From Felis catus (lineage: Eukaryota), in the NCBI RefSeq assembly GCF_018350175.1, contig NC_058368.1, positions 29,514,001 through 29,578,000 of the forward strand: DNA of 64,000 nt, given 5' to 3'. Below, one piece after another: positions 57,723 to 64,000 of the stretch. The position numbers and the translations under genes were made by a program. Numbering within the stretch: the stretch's first letter is position 1; every line of letters starts with the position of its first letter. The notes beneath the pieces were generated by a model. It made no database searches. It was given only the letters and a program-made list of their open reading frames with translations, and was not told the origin of the DNA.

Positions 57723-59586
57723 TGAGAAAACTATAAAGTTATTGATGCATTTCATTATGTGATGTTTCTGACCAGAGAGCCATTATTAGTTAAATACGTT
57801 AGGATTCAGAAGTGAGAATAAAAATTGTATTGATTTCAAGCTAGAAATCTTATTCAACAGATTGTTTTCAGCAGCAGATGACATCAATCCTGATTCTATC
57901 AGTGATTCCTTGTTTTTAAACTTTGACATACTTGATGTTATTCTATTAAGTCTAGTCTACTGTACCTTTGTACGATTGGATTGATCCATACAAGAAGCAA
58001 TCCACATATTAGAAACTCCAGAGAATGGTTTCAGACCTTCCTTTCAAAGTCAGAAGCTGTAAAAATTTAACATAAATTGACAATCATGACCTTCTGGAAT
58101 ATAGTGAGTTCGAAGAAACAACATTACTCCTTGAGAAGATCTTATCACAGAGCAGTTTTAAAGTTCAAAGAGGCCAAGAATCTAATTTTTTGGGCTTTTA
58201 GAGTAGCAGAAGTTGGAAAATAGTTTTATAGCAATAAAATCGAATTTATCTCATAACCCTGGGAAAGATGAAACAACAAATTGATCAAGAAAACCCTGTC
58301 TGCTTTAAACTGGTCTTTTGCAGCATTTGGGACTGGTCTCATTGATGTATAATGGGGAAAAAGAGGAAAGGCAGAAAATTAGATGGACATTTGTAACATT
58401 CTCTTTTTCTACCATCATGAATTTCCAGAATGTGAATTACAATAAAATATAGGAGCCCGTCCAAATACAATAAAAATGATTCTTTGATTATTTTTATTAG
58501 CTGACTTCAGTCTTAACATTTGTATATTCCTGAATATAAATGCTGGATTTTTGTTCAGTTGATCTTGAGGTAAGAAGCATTACCCAGAATCAAGACAGAG
58601 TTAGATAGATGTTTTAGTCTTCCTTGTATGGTCCATTTAAACTTGTGGCATCGTGAAAATTGACTTGCAAGGAGTAGAAAGGTTACATTTGTCCCATTTT
58701 AATTGGACAGGAAGGATCAGTCTTTCACTGTTATTAAAGGAGTACTTATTTATCTATTTTCTTTTTAATGTTTTATTTTCCTCTACGTCCTATTGGTTTT
58801 GTGTGATAACTGAGTATCTAGTTGGAAGTACGTGATTCCTCCCATTGGTTTCTAGGCTCTGTCGTCTTATCATTGTGTGTATTCGTGTTAATAGGAAACA
58901 TCCAGTAGTCATAAGCTAATCACTAGGACCCCCTTCGTGGAGTGATTCAGTTATTTTTTAGCATCTTTTTTTTACACCTTGAGAATAAAAACAAATCCCC
59001 CCCACCTTGCAATAAAAAAAAGTCCACAGAACTCTAGCTCTGATGAATATTAAATTGTGATACTGTATTGGATACTTTATTACTCTGAATGTCAATTTCT
59101 GAATAATACTCAGTGCTAGATATTAAAATGCTATAATTACACTCCTTATCCATGATTTGCAAACTGTCTTTTGGTGTACTTTTCCGAATTTTCATTTCTA
59201 AGGTCCCTGATTGTTCTGTGGACTCCCTGTCTGCTTCCTGCCTCCAGTATTTTTTCTCTGGAGTCCAACCTGTTATATAAGATACTAGTCACAGCTTTGC
59301 TATGCTACTTTCTTGCAACTTTTGTTAGATTCATGTTGCTACCAGCTCTCACTTCTCTGCTCATGATTCCTTCCTTGCCTTCCACAGTTAAAGCTGACTG
59401 CTTGTGTGCAGTGCAGCTCAATCTGGGACTTGAACCAGGTGTTTCAGTTGACTTTAATGCTCGTCTCCTCCTATACATGTAACCCTGCAGGAGCCACATT
59501 TTATTCATTGTCCTTCTGCTTAACATAGTCTCTATCACATAACACCCCTTCAGATTTATAGATTTTATTTTGAAATAGTGTATATA

Positions 59587-59819
59587 GGGGCGCCTGGGTG
59601 GCGCAGTCGGTTAAGCGGCGGACTTCAGCCAGGTCACGATCTCGCGGTCCGGGAGTTCGAGCCCCGCGTCGGGCTCTGGGCTGATGGCTCAGAGCCTGGA
59701 GCCTGTTTCCGATTCTGTGTCTCCCTCTCTCTCTGCCCCTCCCCCGTTCATGCTCTGTCTCTCTCTGTCCCAAAAATAAATAAACGTTGAAAAAAAATTA
59801 AAAAAAAAAAAAAAAGAAA
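59587..59819 (+). mobile_element. Can-SINE (young SINEC_Fc type)
   Basis: Perfect TSD GAAATAGTGTATATA at 59572-59586 and 59820-59834; CpGs intact. Confidence 0.96.
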
Positions 59820-60786
59820 GAAATAGTGTATATATTCATTATCTCCTCTCGGAATAATGAGTTCTCTAAGTGTACTGCTTATATAATGAAGAAATTAAAA
59901 ACTTTAACTTTTCAGAGTTTAAAACATACTTCCTTATTGAATAAATCATTTTCTATTTATATGTATGTATATACACACTTTCTTTTTTTATATATATATA
60001 CACACATTCTTAATCATTACTTTGACTTTAAAAAAAATTGTTCCCACATTTGGTTGTATCTTTTATTTGTATCTCTCAAAAATCCTACTTATTTTAAAGC
60101 AGTTAAGCCTCTAATGGGATGCATTTTATTCCCTGAAATTACTGGATGTGTTAAGGCCAAAGTTAATGAATAATGAATATAATTACTCCGGTTTTGCTAT
60201 TGTTCTTTTCCATTATATAGAAAGAAAGAAAAGGTGTTAAGTAAATTTCAAGCAAATTGTACATATTACTCTGAAATTTTAATGCATTATTAGAATCATT
60301 TTTCATTAGATTATTTCCTTATTTAGTGATTTCTTTATTTTTTATTTGTATTTTTTTATAATTACCTGAACTTTTCATCATGAAAAATTTCACAATATTA
60401 ACAGGCTGAAATAGTACAATGAACACCTGGATTCACAGTTTAAATCCACATATTCACATATTTAAATCCACCTGGATTCACAGTTGATAGCATTTTGCTT
60501 TATTTGTTTTCTCTCTATTTCTACCCTTTTTCATGCTTGGTTATTTGTCAAGTAAGTGGACATCATTATGACATTTTATTTCTAAACATTTCAACCTACA
60601 GTTCTTAAGAATAGAGAGGTTTTCCTAAATAACTGTCATATTATTACTCCTAAGTAAAATAGCAGTAACTCGGCTACATTTTTCTTAATTTTATAACTAT
60701 TAATAAAAACAAAGACCACTTAAAGATCTGTAGCTAAGAGAAAATGGAATATATAGGACTTAAAATTATTAAAAATTAAATAAAAA

Positions 60787-60995
60787 GGGGGGGGCATCTG
60801 GGTGGCTCAGTCGGTTAAGCGTCCAACTTCAGCTCAGGTCATGATCTCACGGTTAGTGAGTTCGAGCCCCACATTGGGCTCTGTGCTGACAGAGCCTGGA
60901 GCCTGCTTCAGATTCTGTGTCTCCCTTTCTCTCTGCCCCTCCCCCACTCATGCTCTGTCTCTCTCTCAAAAATGAAAATAAACATTAAAAAAAAT
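60787..60995 (+). mobile_element. Can-SINE
   Basis: SINE head, body and tail. Confidence 0.92.
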
Positions 60996-61099
60996 TTATA
61001 GGACTTAGAATATTCAGTGAATATATCAATAAGAACTGACATTTTCAAAGCACTCTCTGTATTTTATACACTTTCCATATATTAATGTCTAATATCCTA

Positions 61100-61250
61100 A
61101 CATCAATGAGATATAGGTAGTATTATTCCTATTTTACAGATGAGGAAGCCAAGGCCAGGAGAGGCCAAGGAACCTGGTCACATCTAGTAAGTGGTGAAGA
61201 CAGTGTTTTAATGCAAGAAGTTTAGTCCAAAGCAGTGAGCTCATGATTTG
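61100..61250 (-). mobile_element. MIR fragment
   Basis: TATTATTCCTATTTTACAGATGAGGAAGCCAAGGC...GGTCACATCTAGTAAGTGG resembles the MIR core. Confidence 0.7.
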
Positions 61251-63908
61251 CCACCCTGCCTGTTGAGTCACATGATTCTCATGAATTACCAGTCATTTAC
61301 AATGAAGTAACAACATGTTTTTTCTTTTCTCAGTTTTTCCTTTGCTCATATCTTTTTATCTCACATAATTTCATGTATGTCTGTTGAAATCTATTAAGCT
61401 TTTCTAAATGATTTATGGTATATGTGCTCAGTTTTTACTCTGCTTTAATTTTATATGTGCTTTAATTTTGACTCTGGCTTCATGTTATTTAAAGAAGCTA
61501 CAACAAAAGTAAACCTCTGGTAAAATATTTTCCTGAAATTGTCCCTTGATAAATTTGCAAGTCCACATACCAACCTAACATAATTTTTTTCTCTGTAATA
61601 TTTATTCAAGCACCAGTAGTTTGTCTTAGGGTCTTTTAAATCACTTAGCCTCAAAAAATGTATAATGTGCAAATTATCTTAAAAGCAAAGTAATGGAGTA
61701 GGAAGACTATAGGCGTAACTTTCCAGCCCTTCAACCTTGTCAATTATTAGATGTGACATTGAATTGGATTAATTAACTATTCTGAGTCTGTTTCCTCATC
61801 TCTAAAATAAAGGTGATCTTAACAGTTAATGGTGTTACAGGTGATCATAACAGTTAAATGACATTTCCTTGACATCTAAGTAGATATGCAATAAGAACTA
61901 AATGTTACATTGTATACCTTTCTTAGTCTCAGAAAGTTTGAATTTTAAATTCCCAGTATATACCAGTGGTTACAAGCAGTGTAGGAAATTTTATAAAGTA
62001 GTTAACTGTAAAATAACCTTTGTTATATAATATAACCAGACACAACTGACAGTTTAATCATTAACTAAGAAAAAAATAATTAAAATTTTCTGTGGTTGGG
62101 AAAAGGCTGCATGATATTTTACCTTTAATCTCTGAATTTTTGTATTAGTGAAAATCACTTATTTTAGAATTTGTTCAAATAAGCCAGTATATTTACATTA
62201 TATATATATAAATGAGTATATATATATTCCGGCAGAGGACACTCAGGTGTTTGGAGAAAAGGATGTCTTTTTCTAGTTTGAACAAAAGCATTGAAAGTCT
62301 AGTGGTAGCCCTGGTTAGCAATATGGAAAATTTCCAAGTACGTTATTGCTTGTGCCACACCTGAATGAGGAAAAGAGGAAAAAGGAGTTGTGTATTAAAG
62401 GTGTGTAACTGCCCACAGTTTAAAGATAGAAAAGACAGTATTCATCTTTAGCTGAATTTATTTGGGACTGAAGAAGTGGCAGTGTGTTGTAACGGGCAAG
62501 CACAAAGGTCTTGCAGCAGTTGGCCTCTTTTCTTATATAGCTGGTCACCTTATGCAAGCTGTTCACTCTGTGCATTAAATTTTTATATGTAAAATGGGGA
62601 TAATAGAACTTACAGGGTGGCAAGGCTGTACATATTTATAGATACTATCTGTGTGCTTACTATATGCCATGTACTATCTTATTTACATGTACATGGCCAT
62701 GAACTCTTGTCATGGGGAGCCCTTAATTTAAGAAATGATATCTGGCTATAGGGTCAGTTAACATACCCAGGCTCCAAGATACCCACCCAAGATACCCTGA
62801 TTCAGGTAGGCAAGGGGAAGAAGGAAGAACAGTGTATTTTGGAAAAGCTGCCTGGATCCCAAAGTTATTCTGTATCCTTCCAACTCTTTTCTTGCCTGCC
62901 AATATTATCAGTATATCTGGCCTTTATTTCTAGTCATAGCCTGTCCACCTATTAAATCTTCATTACCCAGCTCATATTCTCTTCTAACTCCATCCTTCAA
63001 AAGAGCTGCTAACATCCTGCTCTAGGCTGATTGTCACAGAGGTGGCTTGGTTGGAGTCTGAACTTGGAAATCAGAATCCTACCACAGTGGGTAGGATCTA
63101 GTCATCCTGTGTCTTTCCACTTGCTTTGAACTTCTCTTAAGCTGCACTGAGTTTTCTTTTCATATGTCTACCTAGCTGACCCATTTGTTTTCTCCAGAAT
63201 TTTTTATTTCTCACATATGTAACAAGCCACATAACTGTAACGTATAAAATTTGCCTATAATAATCTGTGTGCAATGATTAACATTTGGGTGATGGGTACC
63301 AGCCTAGCTGTTGACCATTTGAAGTAGCAGTCATCTATCTTCTGTATAATAGCTTCATAGAATTAAGAGAAAACAGTTGAGATCAGATGCTGAGTGTTTT
63401 CAGCTGCGCTTGTTTGATATTAACAAAGGCCATAACAATAATTTTCACACCAGTGAACTTTTAAAATTGGATTGACTCACAATATCATTAACAACCTTAT
63501 GTAAGCTTGATGTACATTAAAGGATTTTATGTTAAAGATTATTTGAGCTGAGAAAACTGCTGAAACATGCTTCCATTTATTTTTGCCAAAGCTTGCCCTT
63601 ATTGTTTGCTCTCTATGCCAACCTAAAGAACCCCCATGAGTTCATTATATTCATGACTCGTTTTATGTAATACAATATGAACTGTGAACTATTAAATTTC
63701 TTCTTATAGTTCAATATACATTTAAGACAGGTTTTTTTTTTTTTTAATTGAGCATTTTCCCTCTATATATAGAGAAACAGGTTGAAAACAATTACAATCA
63801 TATGAATTCTGGTAATTGTGGATGAACATGTGGATGATATTATCCCTCAAGTATTAAAAATAATGAGAGTGAATCTAATACATTTGTTTAAAAATACCTA
63901 ATTTTCTT

Positions 63909-64000
63909 GGGGTGCTTGGGTGGCTCAGTTGGTTAACCATCTGATTCTTTTTTTTTTTTTTTTTTCAACGTTTATTTATTTTTGGGACAGAGAGAGACAG
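63909..64000. mobile_element. + strand SINE head (63909-~63947) interrupted by a young - strand SINE running off the window end
   Basis: GGGGTGCTTGGGTGGCTCAGTTGGTTAA followed by a T tract and CAACGTTTATTTATTTTTGGGACAG. Confidence 0.85.

Overview
Mammalian genomic DNA, almost certainly a felid (cat family): it is dense in carnivore Can-SINEs of the SINEC_Fc type and contains a felid-type L1 3' end. The window lies within the ELF1 gene (E74-like ETS transcription factor 1) on the + strand. Seven coding exons are present with canonical AG/GT boundaries and a continuous frame: 13465-13536 (ATG; exon starts 13237), 34876-35056, 47246-47353, 48983-49150, 54237-54320, 54904-55096 and 57272-57721. 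Together they give 1256 coding nt, including the LxCxE motif and the ETS domain. The last coding exon lies beyond the window. The large intron after the ATG exon carries a decayed, sense-oriented KRT18 processed pseudogene with an 18-bp target-site duplication. The rest is intronic: many SINEs, L1/L2/MIR fragments, an MLT1 solo LTR and microsatellites. Almost all ORF-track entries are repeat-derived noise. The least explained structure is a ~310-bp direct repeat flanking the ATG exon and its putative proximal promoter, with two (near-)identical, hairpin-forming blocks inside otherwise diverged copies. Other points of interest: an overlapping uORF at the start codon, a tandem 5' splice donor, serial SINE insertions into one target site, inverted SINE pairs, and small templated-insertion scars. 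I see no convincing evidence of a wholly new gene system. Repeat subfamily names and human-orthologue comparisons are from recall, not from searches.
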